From assembly GCF_014251775.1 (NCBI RefSeq), contig NZ_CP059199.1:210001-242000 (forward strand): 32,000 nt of DNA. Reading direction: 5' to 3'. Positions 17,679-26,942 of this stretch are shown here, one piece after another (the stretch's first letter is position 1; every line of letters starts with the position of its first letter). Source of the DNA: Candidatus Saccharimonadota bacterium (lineage in GTDB: Bacteria > Bacteroidota > Bacteroidia > Flavobacteriales > Blattabacteriaceae). The notes beneath the pieces were generated by a model, which was not told where the DNA came from, did no database searches, and was given only the letters and a program-made list of their open reading frames with translations. The position numbers and the translations under genes are program-made.

Positions 17679-18738
17679 ATCGATAATTAATTTCTTGTAA
17701 AGTTTCATATATTAATAATATAGATTTTTTTACATCAGACATATTAACCATTTCTACTGTAGTATGCATATATTTCAGTGGAATAGATATTAAAGCCGAT
17801 AAAATTCCTTTATTGGAATATGCAAAAGCATCTGTATCTGTTCCAGTACTATATTTAGATACCAATCTTTGAAATTTAATATTATTCTTAATAGCTGTAT
17901 CTATAATAAGTTCTCTAATATTTTTTCTTATTGATGGAGCATATGAGATGACTGGTCCTAGTCCGCATTTTATATCACCTTCTATTTTTTTACTAATCAT
18001 AGGAGTAGAGGTATCATGAGTTACATCTGTAATAATAGCTATATTAGGTTTTATTGTATTAGCAATCATTTTTGCACCTTTAAGTCCAATTTCTTCTTGA
18101 ACTGAATTAATAGTATATAAACCATATTGTAAATCAATTTTATTATTAACTATCATTTTTGTTACTTCTGCCATTATAAATCCTCCTATTTTATTATCTA
18201 ATGATTTAGAAACAAAATATTTTTTATTCATAATAAAAAATTCATCCGCATATGAAATCATACATCCTACGTGAATTCCTAATTCTAATACTTCTTTTTT
18301 ACTGGATACTCCAATATCTATGAATATATTTTCTATATTAGGACTTTTTTCATCATAAGTTTTTCTTGTATGAATAGCAGGCCAACCAAAAACACCCGGA
18401 ATTTTTCCTTTAGTAGTATGAATCATAACTTTTTTAGATAAAACAATTTGATGATCAATTCCTCCATTACGAGAAACATATATTATTCCATTTTCTGTTA
18501 TATAATTTACACACCATGATATTTCATCAACATGAGATTCAATTACTAATTTTTTAGGAGCATTAGGATTAATTATAGCTACAGCAGATCCATATAAATC
18601 TGTGGATATTTTTTCTGCATATTTACTAATATAATCAATCCATATTTTTTGTCCCTCCATTTCTTCTCCTACTGGAGAAAAACTATTTAAATATTTTTCA
18701 AGAAATTTAATAGAATTTTTATCTAATATATTTTTCAT
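17653..18738 (-). CDS. M42-family metallo-aminopeptidase (glutamyl aminopeptidase / FrvX-like)
   Basis: 361 aa. ESHVDEI, SKSLDNKIG, QEEIGLKGA, ITDVTHDT, and a C-terminal HT..E motif. This is the layout of M42 (cellulase M/FrvX) peptidases. Confidence 0.8.
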   Translation of the reverse strand: MKNILDKNSIKFLEKYLNSFSPVGEEMEGQKIWIDYISKYAEKISTDLYGSAVAIINPNAPKKLVIESHVDEISWCVNYITENGIIYVSRNGGIDHQIVLSKKVMIHTTKGKIPGVFGWPAIHTRKTYDEKSPNIENIFIDIGVSSKKEVLELGIHVGCMISYADEFFIMNKKYFVSKSLDNKIGGFIMAEVTKMIVNNKIDLQYGLYTINSVQEEIGLKGAKMIANTIKPNIAIITDVTHDTSTPMISKKIEGDIKCGLGPVISYAPSIRKNIRELIIDTAIKNNIKFQRLVSKYSTGTDTDAFAYSNKGILSALISIPLKYMHTTVEMVNMSDVKKSILLIYETLQEINYRFKDFFYEN

Positions 18739-18765
18739 ATTTTTTTTTTTTTTATTTTTTATAAA

Positions 18766-19572
18766 TTATAAATAATATAAACCTTTGAAAACAAGTTTTA
18801 CCGGACCTGTTAAATATATATTATGATACATATTTTCTGTTCTTATAAAAGAAACCCATAATATACCTCCTAAAGTACTGACTTCTATATTCTTATTATT
18901 TTTTATTCTGTTTGTTTCAAATGATGCAATGACAGATGCAACTACCCCAGTTCCACAAGATAAAGTTTCATTTTCTACACCTCTTTCATAAGTACGAACT
19001 TGTAAAATATTATGATTAATTTTAACAAAATTTACATTTACTCCATTATTCATCATATAGATTTTATGATGTCTAATATATCTACCTTGATTATAAACAT
19101 CCAAATTTTTTAAATTATTTACAAAAACAATATGATGAGGTGATCCTGTGTTTAAGAACATATCACTTTCTGAATATTTTTTTATATTATTTCTTTTTAA
19201 AGAAGTTAATTGTAATGAAATTATATCATTTTTATAATTATCTACTATTCCTTTATGATAACCATCAATAGATTTAAAAAAAATCTCATTGCTTTTAGAA
19301 TTTCCAATTTTTTTTGAAAAAGCTATTGCACATCTTCCTCCATTTCCACACATGGTACTTTCTTTTCCATTAGAATTATAATATTCCATATAAAAATCAC
19401 AATTATAATTTTTATGAATAAAAATAATTCCATCTGCACCAATTCCAATATTTCTATTACACAATGTTTTTAAAATAAAAGAATTTTTACTAAAATTATA
19501 TCTTTCATTCATACAATTTATAATAATAAAATCATTTCCCGTACCATGAAATTTAAAGAAGTTTAATAACAT
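18766..19572 (-). CDS. dapF: Diaminopimelate epimerase
   Basis: 268 aa. FHGTGNDFIII, and both catalytic Cys motifs MCGNGGRC and SCGTGVVA. Confidence 0.9.
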   Translation of the reverse strand: MLLNFFKFHGTGNDFIIINCMNERYNFSKNSFILKTLCNRNIGIGADGIIFIHKNYNCDFYMEYYNSNGKESTMCGNGGRCAIAFSKKIGNSKSNEIFFKSIDGYHKGIVDNYKNDIISLQLTSLKRNNIKKYSESDMFLNTGSPHHIVFVNNLKNLDVYNQGRYIRHHKIYMMNNGVNVNFVKINHNILQVRTYERGVENETLSCGTGVVASVIASFETNRIKNNKNIEVSTLGGILWVSFIRTENMYHNIYLTGPVKLVFKGLYYL

Positions 19573-19721
19573 TATTAATTAAGAATTATTCAGTACATTC
19601 AGTTATACAATTATACTGAGGAATATTGTTTATATTATATTTATATTTTGATATTTATATTATACTAAATTACAAATTAAATCATTTAATCAAGTATAAG
19701 TATAAAGTAAATTATATTGTT

Positions 19722-20966
19722 ATGAATATAAAGAAAATAATTTTTTATATTTTAATAAGTAGTTTTATAAGTTCTATAGTAAGTATTACTATATATAAAA
19801 AATATATCGAAAAAAATTTAAAATTTTTTTCATACATTTCACCTTTTACACATAAAGATTATAATACAAAATATGATTCTTCTAATAAAGAATTAGTATT
19901 TTCTCATTCATTTTATAATAGTCAAGTTTCTAATGATTTTACAAAATCAGTAGAAAAGGCTCTACCTACAGTAGTTAGTATTAGGGGAATATTTAAAAAA
20001 TATTATAAAAAAAATAACATTAGTTTCTTTGATTTCTTTTTTAAAAGACAAAAATATAATTTAAATAGCAAAGACGAAAATAATTATTTACAATATAAAT
20101 TTATTTATCCAGAATTTCATGGATCTGGAGTAATTATATCTTCTGATGGTTATATTGTCACTAATAATCATGTAATAAAAAATGCTAATTTAATTGAAAT
20201 AACTCTTAATGATCAAAGATCTTATATAGCTAAATTAATAGGAACTGATCCAAGTAGCGACATAGCTTTATTAAAAATTAATGAAAAAAAGTTACCATTT
20301 ATTATTTTTCATGATTCTGATAAAGTTAAGGTAGGTGAATCGGTTTTAGCAATCGGAAATCCTTTTGATTTAAATTTTACTGTTACAGCTGGAATTATTA
20401 GTGCTAAAAATAGAAATTTAGGAATTTTAAAAGGTGACAATCCATTGGCTATGGAATCATTTTTTCAAATAGATGCTATTATAAATCCTGGAAATAGTGG
20501 TGGCCCGTTAGTCAATGTATTTGGAAATTTAATTGGAATTAATACTGCTATATCTTCTTTTACAGGAAATTTTTCAGGATATGGCTTTGCATTACCTTCT
20601 AATTTAGTGAAGAAAGTAGTTAAAGATATCAGACAGTATGGAATAGTTAAAAGAGCTTTTTTAGGAATAAAGGGATTAGATCCATCTAATATAGGATTAT
20701 ATAATAAATATTATAATAATATTATAATACCACAAAATGGACTCATAGTAAAGGAAGTGTTCACTAATAGTAGTGCATATTATGCAGGTATTAAAAAAGG
20801 AGATATAATAAAAAATATAAATAATAAATCAATAAAAAATATATCGGATATTGCATTAATTATTGGAATGAAACATCCCGGAGATAAAATAAAAATTATT
20901 GTATTAAGAAATGGAATAAAAAAAATATTTTATGTTATTTTAAATGATTTTCAACATAAAAAATAA
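19722..20966 (+). CDS. htrA: HtrA/DegP-family periplasmic serine protease with one PDZ domain
   Basis: Catalytic triad contexts TNNHVI, SDIALLKI and GNSGGPLVN, plus a C-terminal PDZ (GLIVKEV...AGIKKGDIIKNINNKSI). I place the start at ATG 19722 (MNIKKIIFYILISSF, signal/anchor-like). The track ORF starts at a TTG (19626) with an implausible extension. Confidence 0.88.
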   Translation: MNIKKIIFYILISSFISSIVSITIYKKYIEKNLKFFSYISPFTHKDYNTKYDSSNKELVFSHSFYNSQVSNDFTKSVEKALPTVVSIRGIFKKYYKKNNISFFDFFFKRQKYNLNSKDENNYLQYKFIYPEFHGSGVIISSDGYIVTNNHVIKNANLIEITLNDQRSYIAKLIGTDPSSDIALLKINEKKLPFIIFHDSDKVKVGESVLAIGNPFDLNFTVTAGIISAKNRNLGILKGDNPLAMESFFQIDAIINPGNSGGPLVNVFGNLIGINTAISSFTGNFSGYGFALPSNLVKKVVKDIRQYGIVKRAFLGIKGLDPSNIGLYNKYYNNIIIPQNGLIVKEVFTNSSAYYAGIKKGDIIKNINNKSIKNISDIALIIGMKHPGDKIKIIVLRNGIKKIFYVILNDFQHKK

Positions 20967-21161
20967 CTATTAAGTTATAATATCAAGGAATTATGTATAA
21001 TTGAGTTTTTTTGAAAAAAATTTTTTATAAAAAGATAAATTGTTAATATAAGCTATTTATTTTCCTCAATTATATATATATATCAATAATCCATATTTAA
21101 ATTTTTTATTTTTTTAATATTTATTTTATATAATATAATCAAACATATTTGATTTTATAAA

Positions 21162-21237
21162 GATAGATTTTCTAAAATATCTATCTACCTACTTACATTA
21201 AATAAAAGGAATAACACTATTTAACCAATAGATAGAT
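21162..21237. repeat. Three interlocking copies of (TA)GATAGAT / ATCTATC(TA) in the long spacer upstream of rsmH
   Basis: Read directly. Copy A is GATAGAT (21162-21168). Copy B is ATCTATCTA (21179-21187, inverted). Copy C is TAGATAGAT (21229-21237). B can pair with A (7 bp, 10-nt loop) or with C (9 bp, 41-nt loop). Function unknown. Confidence 0.4.
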
Positions 21238-21502
21238 GGTAATAGTCCTATAAATTTTAGAAAAAAATAAATGATTAAATCGATCATAAATATATTTAAA
21301 AATTAATTTCATTAATCTTATATATACTATAATTAGTTATATAATAGATTATTTTTTAATTGATTAACGAATAAATTTTACAAATCCTTTTTTTTAGGGT
21401 ACTTTCATAAAAATAATAATATTCATTTTTTTTATGATTTTTTTTTAAAAATCCAATTATAGATGGGCTATTTTTATAGCTATTCCGATTAAATAAAAAT
21501 TT

Positions 21503-22411
21503 ATGAATCTTAGCAAAGAATATTATAAACATAAATCAGTATTATTAGAAGAAAGCGTTAGAAATCTTATTACAAATAAAAATGGCATATATATAGATGC
21601 TACATTTGGATTAGGTGGGCATTCTTATGAAATTTTAAAAAGAATAAGTAAAAAAGCTAAGTTGATATCTCTTGATCAAGATAAAGAATCCATAAAGAAA
21701 AATTTAATTAAAGATAAACGTTTACACTTATTTCATAGTAATTTTATCTATATTCAGGATATTTTAAATAAAAAATTATTTATAGAAAAAGTATCAGGAA
21801 TTTTAGCAGATTTAGGAATCTCTTATTTTCAAATAAACAATCCTAAAAGAGGTTTCTCTCATAAATTAAATTGCATTTTAGATATGAGAATGGATCAGGA
21901 AAAAAAATATTCTGCTAAAAATGTAATTAATGAATCTTCATATGAAAAATTATCTTATATATTCAAAGAATATGGAGACTTTAATAATACAAAAAAAATG
22001 GTAGGAAGAATATTAGAGAAACGTATTATTAAAAATATTTCTACAAGTTCAGATTTATTAAAAATTTTCTTCATTAGAGGTTCTTTTAAAGAAAGGAAAA
22101 GATTTTTTTCAAGATTATTTCAATCTATACGTATAGAAGTAAATGATGAAATAAACAAATTAAAAAATTTTCTATATCAATCTTCTGATATTATAGAACC
22201 AGGAGGAAGAATCGCGATTATTTCATATCATTCTATTGAAGATAGAATAGTTAAAAATTTTTTTAAAAATGGAATTATTTTTTCCGAAAGAAAACCTGAT
22301 AAAATTCCATTTAAAATGATTCATAAAAAAGTTATTAAACCCACTTATATAGAAGTAAAAAAAAATCCAAGATCCAGAAGTGCAAAATTAAGAATTGCAG
22401 AAAAATTATAA
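21503..22411 (+). CDS. rsmH: 16S rRNA (cytosine1402-N4)-methyltransferase RsmH (MraW)
   Basis: 302 aa. HKSVLLEESV, YIDATFGLGGHS, ADLGISYFQ, ISYHSIEDRIVKNFF, NPRSRSAKLR. Confidence 0.92.
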   Translation: MNLSKEYYKHKSVLLEESVRNLITNKNGIYIDATFGLGGHSYEILKRISKKAKLISLDQDKESIKKNLIKDKRLHLFHSNFIYIQDILNKKLFIEKVSGILADLGISYFQINNPKRGFSHKLNCILDMRMDQEKKYSAKNVINESSYEKLSYIFKEYGDFNNTKKMVGRILEKRIIKNISTSSDLLKIFFIRGSFKERKRFFSRLFQSIRIEVNDEINKLKNFLYQSSDIIEPGGRIAIISYHSIEDRIVKNFFKNGIIFSERKPDKIPFKMIHKKVIKPTYIEVKKNPRSRSAKLRIAEKL

Positions 22412-22415
22412 AATA

Positions 22416-22640
22416 ATGAAAAAAATTATAATAAATATTTTAAAAGGAAAATTCCTAATAGGAAAAAATGCTTATAATACTTGGATATTCATCATTTTTA
22501 TGACAATATTGTCATTAATTAGTATTACTAGTTCACATATTATGGAATATAACATTAGAAAAATAAAAAAATTAAATAAAGAAATAAAAGAATTAAAATC
22601 TAATAATAAAAGTGTAATAAATTTGCAAAATTTAAATTAA
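22416..22640 (+). CDS. ftsL: Bacteroidetes-type FtsL-like cell division protein
   Basis: 74 aa from ATG 22416; the track start at 22395 is a TTG overlapping rsmH. ILKGKFLIGKNAYNTW, then a TM helix ending SSH, then a short coiled segment (IRKIKKLNKEIKELK). It is the gene immediately after rsmH. Confidence 0.6.
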   Translation: MKKIIINILKGKFLIGKNAYNTWIFIIFMTILSLISITSSHIMEYNIRKIKKLNKEIKELKSNNKSVINLQNLN

Positions 22641-22687
22641 TCTATTAGTTTATACTTAACATTTTTTAATTTATAATTTTAAATGAT

Positions 22688-22870
22688 ATGGAACGAAATA
22701 GATCCGTATTGTTATATAAGTCTTATATTATTAGTTTCTTATTTTTATTTATTGCAATATTAATTATATATAAATTGTTTGAAATTCAAAATAATCCAGA
22801 AAATTATAAAAAATTAGTACTGAAAAGAATTCATCAAAATGAGTTGAATAAAAAATTAGAAAATTATTGA
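22688..22870 (+). pseudogene. ftsI: Remnant of ftsI (class B PBP3): only the N-terminal cytoplasmic tail, TM anchor and ~30 residues remain
   Basis: 60 codons: MERNRSVLLYKSYIISFLFLFIAILIIYKLFEIQNNPENYKKLVLKR.... This is the basic tail, one TM helix, then KLxxIQ....Y..L pattern of FtsI N-termini. It ends in tandem stops TGA TAA, and murE starts 18 nt later. It occupies the ftsI slot between ftsL and murE. No transpeptidase sequence is present. Confidence 0.5.
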
Positions 22871-22888
22871 TAAAATATTATCCACATA

Positions 22889-24358
22889 ATGGTAAAAACA
22901 TTAAAAGAAGTTTTAAAAAATGTAAATATATTAAAAATTATAGGAGATAATAATTTATTTAAAAAAGTTAATGGAATTTTTATTAATTCTAAATTGATAG
23001 ATAATAATTCAATATTTATAGCAAAAAAAGGAAAAAAAATAGATGGACATTCTTTTATTCAAGAAGCAATACAAAAAGGAGGAGATACTATTATTTGTGA
23101 AACGATTCCTAATTATATTTGTAAAAATATTACTTATATTATTGTTTTAAATTCAGTCAAAGCTTTAGGATATATAGCTGCTAATTTTTATGATAATCCT
23201 TCAAAAAAAATCCAATTAATAGGAATTACAGGTACAAATGGAAAAACTTCCACTGCTATGATACTTCATAAAGTATTTTTGGAAATGGGAGAAAAAAATA
23301 TTCTTATATCTACTATAGGAATTAGAATATTATATGATAAATATCCAGTTAAAAATACAACTCCAGATATTATTGATATTAATAAATATTTAAATTTATC
23401 CCTTAAAAAAGGATGTAAATATGCTTTTATGGAAGTTAGTTCACATGGGATTGATCAAAAAAGAATTTTTGGATTATTATTTAAAGGGGGGATATTTACT
23501 AATATAACTCATGATCATTTAGATTATCATAAATCTTTCTGTAATTATTTATCTATAAAAAAGCAATTTTTTGATGAATTACCAAATAATTCTTTTTCCT
23601 TAATTAATATAGACGATAAAAACTATTCAAAAATAATAAAGGATACTTCGTCTAAAATTTATTTTTATGGATTGAAAAAAAAATCAGATTTTAAAATAAA
23701 AGTTTTAAAAAAATCTATTAATGGTAGTTTATTAAAAATTGATAAAGAAAAAATATATATAAATTTGATCGGAAAATTTAATATTTATAATATATTAGCT
23801 AGCTATGCTACATCTATTTTATTAGGAATAAATAAAAAAAAAATTTTAAAAAAGTTGAGTAAAATTAATCCTATTATAGGACGTTTTGAACATTTTACTT
23901 CTAGATCTGGAGTACATATAATTGTAGATTATGCACATAATCCAAATGGATTAAAAAATATTTTTGATTCTATCAATGATGTTTTTTATAATAATAAAAT
24001 TCAAAGAAAATTAATTTGTGTAATAGGTTGTGGAGGTAATAGAGATATAGAAAAAAGGCCGATAATGGGGAAAATGGTATATGAAACTTGTGATATATCT
24101 ATTTTTACTTCTGATAATCCTAGAAATGAGGATCCTAATAATATATTAATGGATATGAAAAATTTTTTATCACACATAAAAAATGATCCTATTCTAACTT
24201 TTATTGATCGAAAAAAAGCAATACAATATGCAATAAAAATTGCAAAAAAAAATGATATCATTGTAATAGTTGGAAAAGGACATGAAAATTATCAAGAAAT
24301 AAAAGGAAAATTTTATCCTTTCAATGATATGGATATTGCAAAATCAAATTTTTTTTAA
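22889..24358 (+). CDS. murE: UDP-N-acetylmuramoyl-L-alanyl-D-glutamate--2,6-diaminopimelate ligase
   Basis: 489 aa. GITGTNGKTS, EVSSHG, DYAHNP, GCGGNRD, and the meso-DAP specificity motif DNPR (TSDNPRNEDP). Confidence 0.93.
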   Translation: MVKTLKEVLKNVNILKIIGDNNLFKKVNGIFINSKLIDNNSIFIAKKGKKIDGHSFIQEAIQKGGDTIICETIPNYICKNITYIIVLNSVKALGYIAANFYDNPSKKIQLIGITGTNGKTSTAMILHKVFLEMGEKNILISTIGIRILYDKYPVKNTTPDIIDINKYLNLSLKKGCKYAFMEVSSHGIDQKRIFGLLFKGGIFTNITHDHLDYHKSFCNYLSIKKQFFDELPNNSFSLINIDDKNYSKIIKDTSSKIYFYGLKKKSDFKIKVLKKSINGSLLKIDKEKIYINLIGKFNIYNILASYATSILLGINKKKILKKLSKINPIIGRFEHFTSRSGVHIIVDYAHNPNGLKNIFDSINDVFYNNKIQRKLICVIGCGGNRDIEKRPIMGKMVYETCDISIFTSDNPRNEDPNNILMDMKNFLSHIKNDPILTFIDRKKAIQYAIKIAKKNDIIVIVGKGHENYQEIKGKFYPFNDMDIAKSNFF

Positions 24359-24412
24359 TTTTAAAAAAATAAAAATTAATATTAAATAAATTTATTTTTT
24401 TCATTTAAAATC

Positions 24413-25564
24413 ATGATAAATTCTATTTTTTATAGATCTTCACTAGCTTTTTTTCAATCTTTTTTATTATCACTTTTTTTATATAAAAAAGTTATAAGTT
24501 GGAATAAAAAAAAAAAATTTTTAACAGAAAATATACGTAGTCTAGGACTGATAGGTGAAAAAAAAAAAATTGGGATCCCAACGATGGGAGGAGTTGTAAT
24601 AATATTATCAACATTAACATCCACTATATTATTTTCTTATTGGAATAATATTTATATTATTTCATTAATTATCAGTTCTATATGGTTAGGTTTTATTGGT
24701 TTTATTGACGATTATATAAAAGTAAAATTTAATAAAAAAGGATTAAATGCATTTGGAAAAATACTAGGTCAATTGATTTTAGGAATTTTTATAGGAATTA
24801 TTATATTTTTTAATGAAAATGTAAAAAATTTACAAGAAAAAAATTATTTTCATAATCATAAATATAGTTTTACTACCTCATTACCAAATATATTTTCTAG
24901 ATTTCTGTTTAAAAGAAATGAAAAAAAATTTGATTATTCTGATTTGTTAATTTGTTGTAATAAAAAATTAAGCAAATATACATGGATTATTTTTATCACA
25001 TTTATTGTTATAATGATAATATTTTTTTCTAATGCAGTAAACATAACAGATGGAATAGATGGATTAGCTGGAGGAACGTCATTGATCATTTTTATCACTT
25101 TATTTTTATTTTCTATAATTTCTAGTAATAAATATTATTCTGATTATTTTAATTTTATATATATTCCAAATATAACAGAAACAATAATTTTTTCTACGTC
25201 TATTATAGGATCTTTAATTAGTTTTATTTGGTATAATGCTTATCCAGCTCAAATTTTTATGGGCGATACTGGAAGTCTTTTTATAGGTGGATTAATTACT
25301 ATATTAGCTTTTTTTATTAAAATAGAGTTTATTCTACCTATTTTAGGAGGTATATTTTTATTAGAAAATATTTCTGTCATTATACAAATTTTATATTTAA
25401 AATATACTAAAACTAAATATGGTATAGGAAAAAGGATTTTTTTAATGGCGCCTATACATCATCACTTTCAAAAATTAGGAGAACATGAAAATAAGATTTG
25501 TATTCGTTTTATTATTATACAAATTATATTATCAATTTTATCTTTAATTTTATTAATTACATGA
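24413..25564 (+). CDS. mraY: Phospho-N-acetylmuramoyl-pentapeptide transferase
   Basis: 383 aa. PTMGGV, FIDDYIK, NAVNITDGIDGLA, MGDTGSL, APIHHHF. Ends at a TGA stop. Confidence 0.92.
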   Translation: MINSIFYRSSLAFFQSFLLSLFLYKKVISWNKKKKFLTENIRSLGLIGEKKKIGIPTMGGVVIILSTLTSTILFSYWNNIYIISLIISSIWLGFIGFIDDYIKVKFNKKGLNAFGKILGQLILGIFIGIIIFFNENVKNLQEKNYFHNHKYSFTTSLPNIFSRFLFKRNEKKFDYSDLLICCNKKLSKYTWIIFITFIVIMIIFFSNAVNITDGIDGLAGGTSLIIFITLFLFSIISSNKYYSDYFNFIYIPNITETIIFSTSIIGSLISFIWYNAYPAQIFMGDTGSLFIGGLITILAFFIKIEFILPILGGIFLLENISVIIQILYLKYTKTKYGIGKRIFLMAPIHHHFQKLGEHENKICIRFIIIQIILSILSLILLIT

Positions 25565-25568
25565 TTAT

Positions 25569-26933
25569 ATGAATAAATTAATAGTTGTCCTAGGAGGAGG
25601 AGAAAGTGGAATAGGAGCAGCTTTATTAGCTAAAAGGAATAAATGTAATATATTTGTATCTGATTCTGGTCAAATATCCAATAAATATAAAAATATTTTA
25701 AAAAATAATAATATTCCATTTGAAGAGAATGGACATACAGAAAAATTTATTATTGAAAAATCATATAAAGTTATTAAAAGTCCTGGGATTCCTAGGAATA
25801 TTAGATTAATAAATAATATTATTTCATCAGGAATTCCAATTTTATCTGAATTAGAATTTGGAAAAAATTATATAGATAGTTGTATTCCTATTATAGGAAT
25901 TACTGGAAGTAATGGAAAAACTACTACAAGTTCTATTACTTACAAAATTCTTAAGAAGAATCAATTCAATGTTGGTCTAGCAGGAAACATAGGATATAGT
26001 TTTTGTAAAGATATTTTACAAAAAAAAAATATGTATATATTAGAAGTTAGCAGTTTTCAACTAGATGATATTTTTAATTTTCGTTTTAATATTTCTGTTT
26101 TATTGAATATTACAAGAGATCATCTAGATAGATATAATAATATGGAAAATTATATAAATTCTAAATTTAGCATAACTAATCTTCAAGAAAAAGATGACTT
26201 TTTTATATATAATTACGATGATCCTATGATTCAATTAGGATTAAAAAAAAATTCCATTATATCAAAATGTATCCCATTTTCTATAAAAAAAAAATTAAAC
26301 TTTGGTGCTTATTTAGACAATAAGAACATTTATTTAAAATTTTATAAAGAAAAATCTCATATAATATACCCTTATAATAAAAATATTTTTTTACTAAAGT
26401 ATTATAATATATATAATATTATGGCAACGTTAATAATATCTAAATTATTAAATGTAAATAATGATATAATTTCTTCTATATTAGAAAAATTAAACTCAAT
26501 AGAACACAGAATGGAAGAAATCCCTTACAAAGTAAATGGAGTAAAATTTATTAATGATTCTAAATCTACTAATGTGCATTCTGCATTATTTGCATTAAAA
26601 ATTATTAAATCTCCTATTATATGGATATTAGGAGGAATAGATAAAGGAAATGATTATGGAAAATTGATTAATTTAGTTAAAAAAAAAGTAAAAATTATCA
26701 TTTGTTTGGGAATAAATAATTCAAAAATTATAAATTTTTTTAAGAAATTTGTTAAAACTATTTTAGAAACAGATAACATGAAAGAAGCAGTATCTGTTTC
26801 TTATAAATTATCCATTCCAGGAGATATTGTTTTATTGTCGCCCGCCTGTTCTAGTTTAGATATTTTCAAAAATTATGAAGAAAGAGGGAATAAATTTAAA
26901 AAAGAAATAGAAAATCTTTATTATTCTATATAA
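25569..26933 (+). CDS. murD: UDP-N-acetylmuramoylalanine--D-glutamate ligase
   Basis: 454 aa. N-terminal GGGESGIGAA, GITGSNGKTTT, EVSSFQL, NDSKSTN, SPACSSLDIFKNYEERG. Confidence 0.9.
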   Translation: MNKLIVVLGGGESGIGAALLAKRNKCNIFVSDSGQISNKYKNILKNNNIPFEENGHTEKFIIEKSYKVIKSPGIPRNIRLINNIISSGIPILSELEFGKNYIDSCIPIIGITGSNGKTTTSSITYKILKKNQFNVGLAGNIGYSFCKDILQKKNMYILEVSSFQLDDIFNFRFNISVLLNITRDHLDRYNNMENYINSKFSITNLQEKDDFFIYNYDDPMIQLGLKKNSIISKCIPFSIKKKLNFGAYLDNKNIYLKFYKEKSHIIYPYNKNIFLLKYYNIYNIMATLIISKLLNVNNDIISSILEKLNSIEHRMEEIPYKVNGVKFINDSKSTNVHSALFALKIIKSPIIWILGGIDKGNDYGKLINLVKKKVKIIICLGINNSKIINFFKKFVKTILETDNMKEAVSVSYKLSIPGDIVLLSPACSSLDIFKNYEERGNKFKKEIENLYYSI

Positions 26934-26942
26934 TAATAAAAA

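Noticed and set aside
21071-21083. (TA)n microsatellite tatatatatatat
   Set aside because: It is a short simple repeat expected by chance in DNA of this composition. Similar (TA)5 runs occur in the other spacer near 1305-1315. There is no evidence of function.
20967-21502. A structured RNA gene (tmRNA, RNase P RNA, SRP RNA, 6S) hidden in the long spacer
   Set aside because: RNA genes in AT-rich genomes like this stand out as GC-richer islands, as tRNA-Glu does at 11574-11645. This spacer has no such island and no conserved RNA motifs that I can recognise. A covariance-model scan (Rfam/Infernal) would be the decisive test.
24001-24261. 86-aa ORF antisense to murE
   Set aside because: It is long for an antisense ORF but fully embedded in murE. 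It is merely the complement of a Lys/Glu/Asn-rich stretch, giving a Phe/Ile/Leu-rich product. It has no motifs and no upstream spacer for its own expression signals.
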